DNA of 64,000 bases from Candidatus Bathyarchaeota archaeon (GCA_005881695.1 VBBT01000104.1:14941-78940), one strand, 5' to 3'. Positions 20,543-31,014 are shown, counted from the first letter of the stretch. The notes: generated by a model from the letters alone, not told the origin. Program-made: numbers and translations.

Positions 20543-21649
20543 CTAGAGTATGGCCTCTAGAACGTCTAGTGCCATGGGGTATTCTTCCGGCCCGGAGGCG
20601 TCTCTTGCAATCGACGGTAAGTTCTCTCTTTTGATTCCGTAGTCGCCTAATCTTTTGAAGAGTCCGAGCTCTTTGACTAACTCTTCGACTTGCTCGGCAG
20701 CGGACAGGGCCTGTTTGCTTTCGCTCAGCCCTTTCGAATCTTGTCCTTCTGCTCCAGCGATCAAGGACAGCCTGTGTGGATATTTCCGAGCCTGGTGTCT
20801 CATTACCTCAGCAAGCGTCAGGCATGATGTGATGCCATGAGGTATGTTCCAGGTAGCACCGATCACGCGACCTATCGCGTGGCTCAGCCCGGTCCCGACA
20901 CTTTGGACTCCGGCGAAGGACATCCATGCCGCGGATTGACATGCGAGACGGGGGCCTATTTCGGTGGGATTGTTGGCGGAGAGCTTGAGATTTCGGAAAA
21001 GGAGTCTGATGGATTCGAGCGCAAGAGTGTCAACGTATGGTTGGTGTCTAGGCGAGTAAATGGATTCGACTGCATGGTCGAGACTTCGGATTCCAGTGCA
21101 AGCCCAGAGCCAGGATGGAGTATCACCTGTTATTTTCGGGTCGAGGAAGATGAAGCGTGGAACGAGCCTTGGATCCCGAATCCCGGTTTTTCTTTTCGAG
21201 GTGTCATCTGTCATTCCTGCTGAGTGTGAGAATTCGGCGGCTGAGAGTGTTGTAGGAATCGCGAGATGAGCAATGATGGGCTTAGCGAAGCTTTCTGACA
21301 GCTCCTTGACAGCGATCTTTGTCGAGTCGATAGGGCTACCGCCTCCGAGGCTGATGAGAGAATCAGCTCTTGCCCTTTGTACTTCACTGATTGCTTGTTT
21401 TACGCCACTTATCGGAGCGTGCTGTTTGATGCCCGAGAAGACCCCAACGAGCTTTCGTCCTGATGCCTTCTCGACGGTATCTACAAGTCTTGTCTTCTCG
21501 GCGATGGTTTGTCCTGTTATCACGAATGGACGCTGTGACCTAATTTTGTCAAGCTCTCCGGCTAGCTGAGCGATTGAACTGGGTCCAAAGTGGACCCTCT
21601 CGATGGGCAGGTAGGAGTACTCGCCGCTGACGACTTCCAAATTTGACAC
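20543..21649 (-). CDS. Iron-containing alcohol dehydrogenase family (maleylacetate reductase-like)
   Basis: Fe-ADH family features including the GGGSPIDSTK motif; 368 aa. Confidence 0.75.
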   Translation of the reverse strand: MSNLEVVSGEYSYLPIERVHFGPSSIAQLAGELDKIRSQRPFVITGQTIAEKTRLVDTVEKASGRKLVGVFSGIKQHAPISGVKQAISEVQRARADSLISLGGGSPIDSTKIAVKELSESFAKPIIAHLAIPTTLSAAEFSHSAGMTDDTSKRKTGIRDPRLVPRFIFLDPKITGDTPSWLWACTGIRSLDHAVESIYSPRHQPYVDTLALESIRLLFRNLKLSANNPTEIGPRLACQSAAWMSFAGVQSVGTGLSHAIGRVIGATWNIPHGITSCLTLAEVMRHQARKYPHRLSLIAGAEGQDSKGLSESKQALSAAEQVEELVKELGLFKRLGDYGIKRENLPSIARDASGPEEYPMALDVLEAIL

Positions 21650-21685
21650 GAGTGTCAGCTTCGGATTCGGAAGTGTACGGTCCGT

Positions 21686-22861
21686 CTATTTCTTGGCGGG
21701 TGTCTGCCAGCTGAAGGGATAGTTGGGATCGTCCAGCTTCTCAGCAATAGAGGTCACTTTCAACGGCTTCTTAGTCTCGATCATGATTGCAAGTTCATTG
21801 GTGGAGTCTTTTCCTAAGCTCGCTTCGACGGCCCCTGGCTGGGGTCCGTGGTGTACTCCTCTCCGGTGGAGAGTGAAGGATCCTACTTCGATTCCTCGGC
21901 GGCTGCTGAAGTCTCCGCTGACGTAGTAGAGAACCTCGTCGCTGTCGATGTTGCTGTGGTTATACGGGACGGGAATGGCTTGAGGGTGGTAGTCGAGTTT
22001 TCGCGGAACGAACGATAGCACATCGAACCCCGGTGCTTCGAAAGTCTGATGGATAGGTGGCGGTTGGTGAACGCGGCCGGTTAGGGGCTCGAAATCGTTG
22101 ACATTGAAGATCCAGGGATAGAGATAGCCGTCCCATCCGACAACATCGATTGGGTGATAGTCGAAAACATAGGACATTAGCGAGTTGTCGATCTTGACCC
22201 GGACCTCGAATTCTCCCGAATCGTTGTGTGGGACAAGTTTCTCTGGCCGACGGAAATCTCGGTCCGCGTAAGGTGCCAGTTCTACCAACTGGCCGTAATC
22301 GTTTCTATATCGCTTGGGAATCTCGATGGGCCCCGCGGATTCGGTTATCATGAACCTATTGTCTTTTCCATCTAGGTCTATTCTGTAAGTGGTCCCTCGC
22401 GGGACGACAACGAAGTCCCCCTCGCGGAAGTGTAAGGTCCCGAAGACAGACTCCAAGCTTCCTTTTCCTTCATGGATGAAGTATAGCTCGTCTCCCTGGG
22501 CGTTTCTGAAGAACCAGTCCATGCCATGGGAGGGGCGGACAGTTGAGACGAAAACATCATCATTGTAGAAGAGTGGCTGGCGTCCTTCGACCGGGTCCTT
22601 TGCCAGCTCGGAGTTCTTGGTGCGGACGTGGTGATGACGATGGAGGTCGGGCTGCCAGCGAGTTATCGCGAGCTCTTTCAGTTTCTTGATGTGAGACACT
22701 CTCGTCGGCGGGTTGATGTGGTAGAGGGTTGAGTAGACGCCCGAGAATGCTTCTGTCCCGAAAACCTCTTCCTGATACAATGACCCGTCTGGTTTTCGGA
22801 ACTGTGTATGCCTCTTGGCTGGAAGTTTGCCGAGGCTGTAATAACTAGGCAATTCGGTCAC
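21686..22861 (-). CDS. hmgA: Homogentisate 1,2-dioxygenase
   Basis: Bicupin with motifs FVVVPRGTTYRI, VVGWDGYLYPW, PVPYNHSNIDSDEV and HGPQPG. These parallel the human/bacterial HGD motifs FLIVPQ, VVAWHGNYTPY and PPYYHRNCMSEF. Confidence 0.75.
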   Translation of the reverse strand: MTELPSYYSLGKLPAKRHTQFRKPDGSLYQEEVFGTEAFSGVYSTLYHINPPTRVSHIKKLKELAITRWQPDLHRHHHVRTKNSELAKDPVEGRQPLFYNDDVFVSTVRPSHGMDWFFRNAQGDELYFIHEGKGSLESVFGTLHFREGDFVVVPRGTTYRIDLDGKDNRFMITESAGPIEIPKRYRNDYGQLVELAPYADRDFRRPEKLVPHNDSGEFEVRVKIDNSLMSYVFDYHPIDVVGWDGYLYPWIFNVNDFEPLTGRVHQPPPIHQTFEAPGFDVLSFVPRKLDYHPQAIPVPYNHSNIDSDEVLYYVSGDFSSRRGIEVGSFTLHRRGVHHGPQPGAVEASLGKDSTNELAIMIETKKPLKVTSIAEKLDDPNYPFSWQTPAKK

Positions 22862-23868
22862 TCTGACCTTTTCTCGGGGCGTATAACTTTGTTTCTCAAC
22901 GCTCCAAGTCTTTCGATCTCAAGCTCTACGATATCTCCGGGTTTTAGCCAGGGATGAGCATCCTCTCCGAGTTCCAGCAGGGACCCTGTTCCTACCGTTC
23001 CCGATCCGAACACTTCTCCTGACTGGAGCTGAACAGATTGTGATGCCCGAGCTATCATCTGGGGGAAGGTCCAGTGCATTTTGTCCATGTTTCCCATTGA
23101 CAATTGTTTGCCGTTGACTTTGGCGGTCATCTTGAGGTTGAACTTTCCAGGGCCGGTTTTTCGATCTTGTAGCTCGTCGGGTGTGACGAGCCAGGGTCCG
23201 AGGGACGTGGCGAAGTCCTTGGCCTTAGCTGGGCCGAGACCGATTTTCATCTCGCCCACCTGAACGTCTCGTGCACTCCAGTCGTTCATTATGGTGTAGC
23301 CCACGATGTGGGCTTCAGCTTCTGTCTCGGGTATGTCGATTCCGCCTCGCCCGATTACGCAAGCAACTTCCAGTTCGTAATCGAGAGTCTTAGTGTAAGC
23401 TGGATAGGGCACATTCTCTTCGGGACCGTAGACCACGCGCGGGTTAGAGTAGTAGAAGGCGGGGAACTCGTACCATTCTTGCGGCATCGGAAGGCCTCGT
23501 CGTGCTCGGGCCGACTTGACGTGGTCTTCGAATGCGTAAAAATCTCGTAACGTGGGAGGATCTGGAATCGGAGTCTTGATCCCAGCATCATCAGTCCGAG
23601 TCATGAATCGGTGAACATGCTCAGGCGCGACTCTGTTGAAGATCCGCCACGACACGGATTGAAGGTCATCCAGGAGTTTGGGGTTCCTGGATAGGATCTG
23701 TTTGATGGTGGGTGCTGCGGGTAGGTCTCGAATTGATCGTGGAGCCGGAATCTTCAGCTTCTCAGCTACGCTAGTAACTCGATCGATCTCTAGTATCCAT
23801 TCTCCCCACAGCAACCCAGTACGAGTCTTGTTCGGCGCTTTCTTTGTGCTGTAGGCGACCAGTTTCAT
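22858..23868 (-). CDS. Fumarylacetoacetate hydrolase family protein
   Basis: FAH N-domain plus the catalytic domain (GEMKIGLGPAKAKDF, GEVFGSGTVGTGSLLE); 4-nt overlap with hmgA. Confidence 0.75.
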   Translation of the reverse strand: MKLVAYSTKKAPNKTRTGLLWGEWILEIDRVTSVAEKLKIPAPRSIRDLPAAPTIKQILSRNPKLLDDLQSVSWRIFNRVAPEHVHRFMTRTDDAGIKTPIPDPPTLRDFYAFEDHVKSARARRGLPMPQEWYEFPAFYYSNPRVVYGPEENVPYPAYTKTLDYELEVACVIGRGGIDIPETEAEAHIVGYTIMNDWSARDVQVGEMKIGLGPAKAKDFATSLGPWLVTPDELQDRKTGPGKFNLKMTAKVNGKQLSMGNMDKMHWTFPQMIARASQSVQLQSGEVFGSGTVGTGSLLELGEDAHPWLKPGDIVELEIERLGALRNKVIRPEKRSE

Positions 23869-23874
23869 CTGAGG

Positions 23875-24963
23875 CTAGAGATTTCCCCGTTTCGCCTGCT
23901 CAGCTTCGATGGACTGGAACAGGGCCTTGAAGTTGCCTTTCCCAAACGATTCGCTCCCCTTCCGTTGGATAAGCTCGAAGAACAGTGTGGGCCGGTCTTG
24001 GAGGGGTTTGGTGAATATCTGGAGCATGTAGCCCTTCTCATCCTTGTCCACCAATATGCCAAGGCGTCTTAGATCATCTATCCTCTCCGAGATTCCTCCG
24101 ACGCGTTTAGGAAGCTCCGCATAGTAGCTGTCGGGTGTGCGCAGGAACTCTATTCCCCGCTCGGCCAATCTTGCGACGGTGGCGACGAGGTCTTCGGTGG
24201 AGATGGCGAGGTGTTGTACGCCGGCGCCCTTGAAATAATCTAGGTATTCTTGTATCTGCGATTTTCTCTTTCCCGCGGCGGGCTCGTTGATCGGGAACTT
24301 TACCGTCCCGCTGGGATTGCGCATGACCTTGGAGCGGAGGGCGGAGTATTCGGTGCTGATGTCCTTATCGTCGAAGCTGATGAGCTGGGTGAACCCGAAA
24401 ACGTTGCCGTAGAACTCTACCCAATAGTCCATCTTTCCCTCTTCTACGTTGGCGACCACGTGGTCGACGTGTTTCAGGCCGACAGACTCCTCTTTCCCTG
24501 GGAATGGTGTGTATCCTGGGGCGAATATTCCGCGATAGTCGTGACGTTCAATGAACGTATGCACTGTATCGCCGTAGGCTGCGATGGCGGCGCCTCGGAT
24601 CGTTCCATGGTCGTCTTTGAGTATCTTGGGTGCTTGTATTCCCTTGGCGCCGCGCCGAAGGGCTTCTTTGTATGTCCAGTCGACATCTTTGACTCGCATG
24701 GCAACGTCGGCTACACCGTCTCCGTGGGTGATTACGTACCTAGAGATAGGGTGGTCGGGGATGAGAGAGGAGGTTAGTAGGAGTCGGATGTCGCCTTGCT
24801 GCATGAGATAGGATGTCTTGTCTTTGACTCCTGTCTCAGGTCCGCTGTATGCGACGGGTGAAAAGCCGAACCCGTTTTTGTAAAAGTAGCTTGCCTGCTT
24901 CGCGTTTCCAACGTAGAGCTCGACGTAGTCTATTCCTTCTATGGGCAACGCGTCGTTCTTCAA
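23875..24963 (-). CDS. hppD: 4-hydroxyphenylpyruvate dioxygenase
   Basis: VOC-fold HPPD motifs GIDYVELYVGNAKQASYFY, QQGDIRLLLTS and a C-terminal EFF/QRKG region; 362 aa. Confidence 0.85.
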   Translation of the reverse strand: MKNDALPIEGIDYVELYVGNAKQASYFYKNGFGFSPVAYSGPETGVKDKTSYLMQQGDIRLLLTSSLIPDHPISRYVITHGDGVADVAMRVKDVDWTYKEALRRGAKGIQAPKILKDDHGTIRGAAIAAYGDTVHTFIERHDYRGIFAPGYTPFPGKEESVGLKHVDHVVANVEEGKMDYWVEFYGNVFGFTQLISFDDKDISTEYSALRSKVMRNPSGTVKFPINEPAAGKRKSQIQEYLDYFKGAGVQHLAISTEDLVATVARLAERGIEFLRTPDSYYAELPKRVGGISERIDDLRRLGILVDKDEKGYMLQIFTKPLQDRPTLFFELIQRKGSESFGKGNFKALFQSIEAEQAKRGNL

Positions 24964-25090
24964 TCTGGATCGTCGACCGGTGATCTATGTTGAACCTTTT
25001 AACTTATTTCTTGGCTACGAGATGGAGATACTAGGGTGGCAGTAGGTTTGCCATTCGGCAGTAGTCTCTGTCGAGACATTCTATTCTTGG

Positions 25091-25924
25091 TTAGATGAGG
25101 TTATCAGAGAAGAAGCCTAGTATGAGCTTCTCGACTTCGTCCGGTGCGTCCTCCGGAACGAAGTGGCCTGCCTTTACCTGGGTCAACTTTGCGTTTGGAA
25201 TCATCTTGGATATTCTCTCAGCGTATGTCGGAGGCGATTTTCCTGTTCCCCAGATGATTAGCGTTGGAACCTTCAGCCGAGAGAGACCCTGCTCTATCTC
25301 CTTCATCGGTTTGAAGCTCGGATGCGTGGGCGAGTCTGGGAACATTCTGGGAAATGCTTGGTAGGCTTTCTTCGCCTCGTCGTCCGGGAAAGGTGCCCAG
25401 TAGGCTTCCATGGCGGTCTCGGGGATGTTCTCGGGATGGAGGGATGATTCCTTGATAATCGCGGGAGTGATTTTTGCGGCTACTTGAGGAGGAAGTCGAT
25501 AGTCTGATGTAAGGAAGGTGTTCATGATGACCAGGCCGGCGACGTTTTGCGGGTGTCGTATCACGTACTGCATTGCTAGGGGTCCTCCCCAATCGTGTAG
25601 GATCAGGATTAGATTCCTGAGACCTAGAGATTCGATGTAGCCAGAGACTATCCTTGCATGATGTGGAAAATCATGGAGGTCCGGGTTTGGCTTGTCTGAT
25701 TTTCCGAATCCCATTAGATCGAATGCGAGAGCTCGATGACCGGAGTCGGTGATGGCTGGGACGAGGCGCCTCCACATGTATGACCAGGCTGGGTTTCCGT
25801 GGACCATTACAACTGGACGAGCGCCGGAGCCCTCGTCCACGTAGTGGATTGCGAGCCCGTCTAGGTGAACCCATCTTTCTGGGAAGGGCCATCCGTCAAA
25901 GTATGGCCAGCCTTGTCGGATCAT
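25091..25924 (-). CDS. Alpha/beta hydrolase (haloalkane dehalogenase / epoxide hydrolase-like)
   Basis: HGNPAWSYMWR near the N-terminus, the nucleophile elbow HDWGG, and a C-terminal His; 277 aa. Confidence 0.75.
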   Translation of the reverse strand: MIRQGWPYFDGWPFPERWVHLDGLAIHYVDEGSGARPVVMVHGNPAWSYMWRRLVPAITDSGHRALAFDLMGFGKSDKPNPDLHDFPHHARIVSGYIESLGLRNLILILHDWGGPLAMQYVIRHPQNVAGLVIMNTFLTSDYRLPPQVAAKITPAIIKESSLHPENIPETAMEAYWAPFPDDEAKKAYQAFPRMFPDSPTHPSFKPMKEIEQGLSRLKVPTLIIWGTGKSPPTYAERISKMIPNAKLTQVKAGHFVPEDAPDEVEKLILGFFSDNLI

Positions 25925-26160
25925 CTACAAGCCTCTTGCAAGCAGCCTGTTCGTTGACGAGATGCGCCGCCCCGTTGTGATATAGGGATTTAGTAGCCTC
26001 GGGCCGCCCATTCAGGTATCGAGTTCTTGACTCTGCTCGAAGATTATTTCCTGAGGATTTCACAAACATTCTGACATTTCCTCTGGATAAAGGTCCAGAT
26101 TCCTCGGGCAGAAACTGTAATATCCGGTTGCCGCCGCAACACCGTTTGAGCTGACATATT

Positions 26161-26988
26161 ATGGACTGGGGAATGAAAAACCGGCTTTCAAGAATGATCA
26201 AACCTGAAACCGGAAGAACGGTAATGCTTGCGGTGGACCATGGCTACTTCATGGGTCCCACCCACAAGCTGGAAGAGCCTCGGAAAACGATCGAGCCTCT
26301 TCTGGCATACTCTGATGCGATAATGTGCACGCGTGGGGTTCTCCGGACCTCTATTGACCCGAGATCCAACGTGCCTATTGTCCTTCGGGTTTCAGGTGGA
26401 GCTAGCATTATCGGGGATTCATTGACTAACGAGGCCATCACAACTTCTGTGCGCGATGCTGTTCGGCTTAACGTTGCAGCGATGGCTCTTTCGATCTTTA
26501 TTGGATCTGCTCACGAGCATCAGACCTTGACGAACCTTGGCAGGCTTGTGAATGAGGGCGAGGAGCATGGTATTCCGGTTCTCGCTGTTACGGCGGTGGG
26601 CAAGGAGTTGGAGAAACGAGACGCTCGTTACCTCGCTTTAGCTTGTAGAATCGCTGCGGAGCTGGGGGCGCATTTTGTCAAGACATACTATTGCGAGGAT
26701 TTTGGAAAAGTTGTCAAAGGCTGTCCAGTGCCTTTGGTTGTGGCCGGAGGACCCAAGCTGGCGACAGAACTGGACGCGTTTCAACTCGCCCACGACGCAA
26801 TTCAGGAAGGGGCTGTGGGAGTGGATATGGGCCGGAACATCTGGCAATCAGATCATCCCGTGCCAATGATCAGGGCCATTCGAGAGGTAGTGCACGGAGG
26901 CGCAACTGTAAGGGAAGCCCAGGAAGTATACAACCAGTCAAAGAATACGAAACAGGAAGTAATCGTAAGACCATCTGCTGTACGATAA
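26161..26988 (+). CDS. DhnA-type class I aldolase (archaeal FBP aldolase or ADH synthase family)
   Basis: LAVDHGYFMGP, the Schiff-base Lys region VKTYY and the VVAGGPK motif; 275 aa. Confidence 0.75.
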   Translation: MDWGMKNRLSRMIKPETGRTVMLAVDHGYFMGPTHKLEEPRKTIEPLLAYSDAIMCTRGVLRTSIDPRSNVPIVLRVSGGASIIGDSLTNEAITTSVRDAVRLNVAAMALSIFIGSAHEHQTLTNLGRLVNEGEEHGIPVLAVTAVGKELEKRDARYLALACRIAAELGAHFVKTYYCEDFGKVVKGCPVPLVVAGGPKLATELDAFQLAHDAIQEGAVGVDMGRNIWQSDHPVPMIRAIREVVHGGATVREAQEVYNQSKNTKQEVIVRPSAVR

Positions 26989-27716
26989 TCGTTTGGGGGA
27001 GATTATCGATTACTAGGAAGCTATACTGGGAAGAGCCGTATTCCAAGGATTTCGTCGGGAAGGTAGTTACGGTCGAAGGGCAAGCAGTTGTTCTGGACCA
27101 GACACTCTTCTACCCACGGGGTGGCGGTGTAGCTTGCGACACCGGGACCCTGAACGCGTCAAAGGTCCAAGAGACAACAAAAGCTGACGACAAGATACTC
27201 CACACGATGGAATCCCCTTCATCTTTGAAGGTTGGAGACAAAGTGACAGGACGGGTCGATTGGGAAAGAAGACATACTCTGATGAAGATGCATACTGCGG
27301 GCCACCTTCTCAGCTCCCTGTTCTATTCGAGGGCCAACTGCCGAATAACAGGGAACCAGATCGACGTGGACCGGTCTAGAATGGACTTTAACCTGGAATC
27401 GTTCGATCGGACTCAGATTGAGGGATACGTGACAGAAGCCAATGAACTGATCACAAAAGACGCACCAGTCAAGACCTACTTTCTGGAACGAGGGGAAGCC
27501 CTCAAGCTCCCCGATATGGTGAAGCTCGCAGAGGCTGCGCCACCTGCGGAAGCCCAGCTTAGAATTGTCGAGATCGAAGGCATAGACCGTCAAGCCGACG
27601 GAGGACTACACGTGTCCCATCTCAAAGAGATCGGACAAATACAGCTACTAAAGCTGGAGAACAAGGGAAAAACGAACAGAAGACTATACTACGATACACA
27701 AAACCCCGTCAAGTGA
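26985..27716 (+). CDS. alaX: AlaX-M-type alanyl-tRNA editing protein (AlaRS N-domain plus editing domain); no canonical start
   Basis: LYWEEPYSKDFVGKVVTVEGQAVVLDQTLFYPRGGGVACDTG (AlaRS-like N-domain) followed by HTAGHLLS...C...GGLHV (editing-site zinc motifs). The conserved N-terminus begins right after the aldolase TAA stop. The only candidate initiator is ATA overlapping that stop (ATAA) or a nearby ATT. The first ATG (27205) would delete the conserved N-domain. Confidence 0.6.
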   Translation: MIVWGRLSITRKLYWEEPYSKDFVGKVVTVEGQAVVLDQTLFYPRGGGVACDTGTLNASKVQETTKADDKILHTMESPSSLKVGDKVTGRVDWERRHTLMKMHTAGHLLSSLFYSRANCRITGNQIDVDRSRMDFNLESFDRTQIEGYVTEANELITKDAPVKTYFLERGEALKLPDMVKLAEAAPPAEAQLRIVEIEGIDRQADGGLHVSHLKEIGQIQLLKLENKGKTNRRLYYDTQNPVK

Positions 27717-27833
27717 AAATTATCAATATCTATCACCTAATCAACCTCAAGTCTATCGTCCAACATAACAAAGATCTTCGATCCCGTCTGGACAACATCT
27801 GATTGAATATCTCGACGACAAATCATTTCAACG

Positions 27834-28406
27834 TCACCATTTTTCGTAGTGAACGAAATCTTTCAGAGGTCGTCTTCCACGGTTCAACGACGGCGAGGGA
27901 ACGTTGCTAGCATGGTCTGGGTAACCTAGCGATAGAACTCCGACCGGCTCGTAGTGTTCAGGGATGCCTAGTTCCTTTCTCAGAATTCCTGGTTTGAAGA
28001 TTCCAACGCTGCCCGCGAAAGACGCTGCTAGCCCTTCGTTTGCAGCTGCTAGGAATACTAGCATGCAGCTACATCCGACGTCGAAATACCAGAACGGGAC
28101 GGGCCAGTCGATCTCTTTTCCTCCCGAACGGATCTTATCAGGTTCATGATAGCGATCGTGGACAATCCTCTCGCTGACGCAGGGTATCAGTAGAACAGGG
28201 GCATCGCTTCTCAGGTCCCTTAGCTCCCGTATCCTCTTTCGTCTCGCTTGGTCGGTTACGACTACGAATGCAACCTCCTGGCTGTATCCGGCGCTGGGAT
28301 AATGTTGGGCGATGGAGAGAATCCGTTCGACTTTTTCTTTTGGCACGGGGTCTGGTTTGAAGGCTCGAATCATTCTACGGACTAGAACCGTTCTCGTGAA
28401 GTCCAT
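27834..28406 (-). CDS. Nitroreductase family protein
   Basis: N-terminal RRMIRAFKPDPVPKEKVERIL and the FMN-binding fold pattern; 190 aa. Confidence 0.75.
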   Translation of the reverse strand: MDFTRTVLVRRMIRAFKPDPVPKEKVERILSIAQHYPSAGYSQEVAFVVVTDQARRKRIRELRDLRSDAPVLLIPCVSERIVHDRYHEPDKIRSGGKEIDWPVPFWYFDVGCSCMLVFLAAANEGLAASFAGSVGIFKPGILRKELGIPEHYEPVGVLSLGYPDHASNVPSPSLNRGRRPLKDFVHYEKW

Positions 28407-28539
28407 CTTGGATGGGCCTTGTTCTGGGCCTCTTCAAAAGCGTGTGTGGGCGAGTCGCGGGTTTTTATCCGGCTTCGCTCCGATTCGCTGAGCGAACGGC
28501 TGTACAGGTGTTCCCTGCGGTTTCAGAATTGATGATGGG

Positions 28540-29475
28540 TTGTCCATGATTACATTCGAGAGAACTGGAAAACGATTTGGCGATCTTGACGCTGTCAAAG
28601 ACTTCTCCATTACGATCAAGGATGGAGAGATTCTAGGACTTCTCGGTCCGAACGGTGCTGGAAAGACCACTCTGATGCTTATGATGGGAACGGTATACCG
28701 CCCCACCAGCGGGACGATAACAGTCAACGGCTTTGACGTTGTAAAGCAACCTAACGAAGTTAGGAGACTGATCGGAATCGCTTTCCAGGATCCACGGGTG
28801 GACGGTATTCTGAGCGGGTTCGAGGTGTTGAACTGGCACCTCAAAATGACCACGACCTTCGACAAAGACGAGCGCCGACGTCGTGTGGAAGAGGTCCTGA
28901 AAGCTCTCGACCTCTGGGAGGCACGCAAGAAGCGGACCTGGCTGATGAGTGGAGGTATGAAAAAGAAGGTTGAGGATGCGAAGATACTGGTTCAGCGGCC
29001 GAGCATAGCGGTCTTCGACGAACCCACCGCCTTCCTCGACGTCCCGAGCAGATTGCTGGTCTGGAAGATGATCCGGCAGCTGAGGGACGAGGGATCGACC
29101 GTCATCGTTGCCACGAACATGATGGACGAGGCTGAACGTCTCTCCGAGAGAGTTGCAATAGTCAACAAGGGCAAGCTGGTTGCGAGTGAAACCCCGGAAC
29201 AATTGAAGGGAACCGTAAAGGGCGGAGAAGTGCTAGAGCTTACCGTGAACGATGGGTCCGAATTCAGACCGGACATGTTGACCAAGTACCCAGAGGTCCA
29301 TGATGTCAAGAAACAGGACAACAAGATCCTGGTCTTCCTCAACTCAGGCACACTTCTTCTTCCCAAGATAGTCGACACCCTGAGCACTCAAGGGTTCAAG
29401 ATCGAAAGCGTCAAACTGAAGGAGGTCAGTCTGGAAGATGTCTTCCTCACCTACACCGGCCAACGACTCGAGTAA
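28540..29475 (+). CDS. ABC transporter ATP-binding protein
   Basis: Walker A GPNGAGKTT, signature LSGGMKKK, Walker B IAVFDEPT. Confidence 0.85.
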   Translation: MSMITFERTGKRFGDLDAVKDFSITIKDGEILGLLGPNGAGKTTLMLMMGTVYRPTSGTITVNGFDVVKQPNEVRRLIGIAFQDPRVDGILSGFEVLNWHLKMTTTFDKDERRRRVEEVLKALDLWEARKKRTWLMSGGMKKKVEDAKILVQRPSIAVFDEPTAFLDVPSRLLVWKMIRQLRDEGSTVIVATNMMDEAERLSERVAIVNKGKLVASETPEQLKGTVKGGEVLELTVNDGSEFRPDMLTKYPEVHDVKKQDNKILVFLNSGTLLLPKIVDTLSTQGFKIESVKLKEVSLEDVFLTYTGQRLE

Positions 29476-30250
29476 GACCACAGTAGTCGCAGAATCGCCC
29501 CGGCATCTCATCCTTCAGATGGCTCTCAGAGATGTATCGGTCCTGTTCAGGACCCCATGGATCATCATAACCCGAGCTCTTTCCTTCATCATACAACTCT
29601 TTGTCTTTGCCTTCCTCATTAGTGGACTCATCCATATTCCAGGGCTCAATTTCTTCGAGTACTACGCTGTTGGGAGCGTAGTAGCGACGATCGCTTCCAT
29701 CTCGTTCGTCATCGGCTACGACATCTTCGAAGAAGCAGAAGAGGGAGTACTCGATTATCTGCTAACGCTTCCAATCGCAAGACGGCAGTTTATCGTTGGA
29801 CGAGCGCTTGGCGGGGCTATGAGAGCCATAATCTACACCATACCAATGTTTGTCATCGTCGCCTTTCTCTGGGGGTTCAATCAGCCGCTCTCGATCCTCA
29901 CAGCTCTCGTATCGCTCTTCCTCCTAGCCTTCGGTGTTACTGGCATGTCGATAACCGTGGCCGTGAGCGTGAAGAGCGCTAACAGATTTGACGTGGTTCT
30001 CGCTCTCCTCGAGCTCGCTGTGTCAAGGGGAAGCACGGCTCTCTACCCAATCGCTTTCATGCCGGTCTATGTCTCGTTGTTCGCGCCTTTCTCGCCGGTT
30101 TCGTTTGCCGCTGACACTGCACGCAATTCTCTTGTCGGGTTCACTCTGGACCTTCCCGCGATCGCGGGGCTAGTAGCGTTCGTCGTAATTTTCCTCGGGT
30201 TGGGCGCTGCGTTCTATTTCCGCCGTCTAGAAGGAGGAATCTACGGTTGA
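29438..30250 (+). CDS. ABC-2 type transporter permease
   Basis: Six hydrophobic segments downstream of the ATPase. The true start may be an internal Met near 29519. Confidence 0.6.
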   Translation: MSSSPTPANDSSKTTVVAESPRHLILQMALRDVSVLFRTPWIIITRALSFIIQLFVFAFLISGLIHIPGLNFFEYYAVGSVVATIASISFVIGYDIFEEAEEGVLDYLLTLPIARRQFIVGRALGGAMRAIIYTIPMFVIVAFLWGFNQPLSILTALVSLFLLAFGVTGMSITVAVSVKSANRFDVVLALLELAVSRGSTALYPIAFMPVYVSLFAPFSPVSFAADTARNSLVGFTLDLPAIAGLVAFVVIFLGLGAAFYFRRLEGGIYG

Positions 30251-31014
30251 GCAATACGCGACTCATCCCGCTGATCATCGAGCGAGACGTTCGGATCCTC
30301 TTCTCCGACGCGTTTCTTGTCGCGATAATGTTCGCAAACTTTGCGATCGACCTCTTTGTGACAGCCGCGACCTTCGGCCGGCTCGTTACCGGCCAGGGCG
30401 CGAACTACTTCCTCTTCATCGCGCCCGGTTCGAATCTCATAACGGCGATGGTTGCCGCTTTCCAGTCAGGCAGAGATGTGTGGCGCGAGAAGTACATCAA
30501 AGACCTGACCTCGTACCTTCTGACCCTTCCGGTGCAGAGGCCGGTGCTCGCCTTCTCAAGGGTTCTAGGCGGTGTTGTGAGGAGCGTGATCGCAACTTTT
30601 CCAGGGACCCTTGTCATATGCTACCTCTACGGGATTCTACTGACCCCGAAAATTTTCGTAGCATACTTGATAGTCGGCCTATTCTCATTGGGAATAGTCG
30701 GCCTCTCTATGGCTATTTCCGCCTTTTCTTCGAGCATAGAAATGTGGGTCACTGTCAGAAGCGCCATCCAGCTCTACCTATCCTTTCTCAGCGCCCTATT
30801 CTACCCAGTGAGCGTGTTTCCCACCTTTCTAGCACCGATAGTTTCATCAAACCCTATGACATGGGCTATTCAGGCATTCCGGCAACTGTCGCCAATTTCT
30901 TTCCCACAAGTCCCCGCTGGCGATTCCCTTGGGTCGATACTAATTCTTGCCGGACCCTCACTCACCTTTGCCTTACTCGGAACCATCTGCTACATCTGGT
31001 ACTCGAAACTCTAG
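30247..31014 (+). CDS. ABC-2 type transporter permease (second subunit)
   Basis: Hydrophobic 255-aa ORF with a 4-nt overlap onto the preceding permease. Confidence 0.6.
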   Translation: MSNTRLIPLIIERDVRILFSDAFLVAIMFANFAIDLFVTAATFGRLVTGQGANYFLFIAPGSNLITAMVAAFQSGRDVWREKYIKDLTSYLLTLPVQRPVLAFSRVLGGVVRSVIATFPGTLVICYLYGILLTPKIFVAYLIVGLFSLGIVGLSMAISAFSSSIEMWVTVRSAIQLYLSFLSALFYPVSVFPTFLAPIVSSNPMTWAIQAFRQLSPISFPQVPAGDSLGSILILAGPSLTFALLGTICYIWYSKL

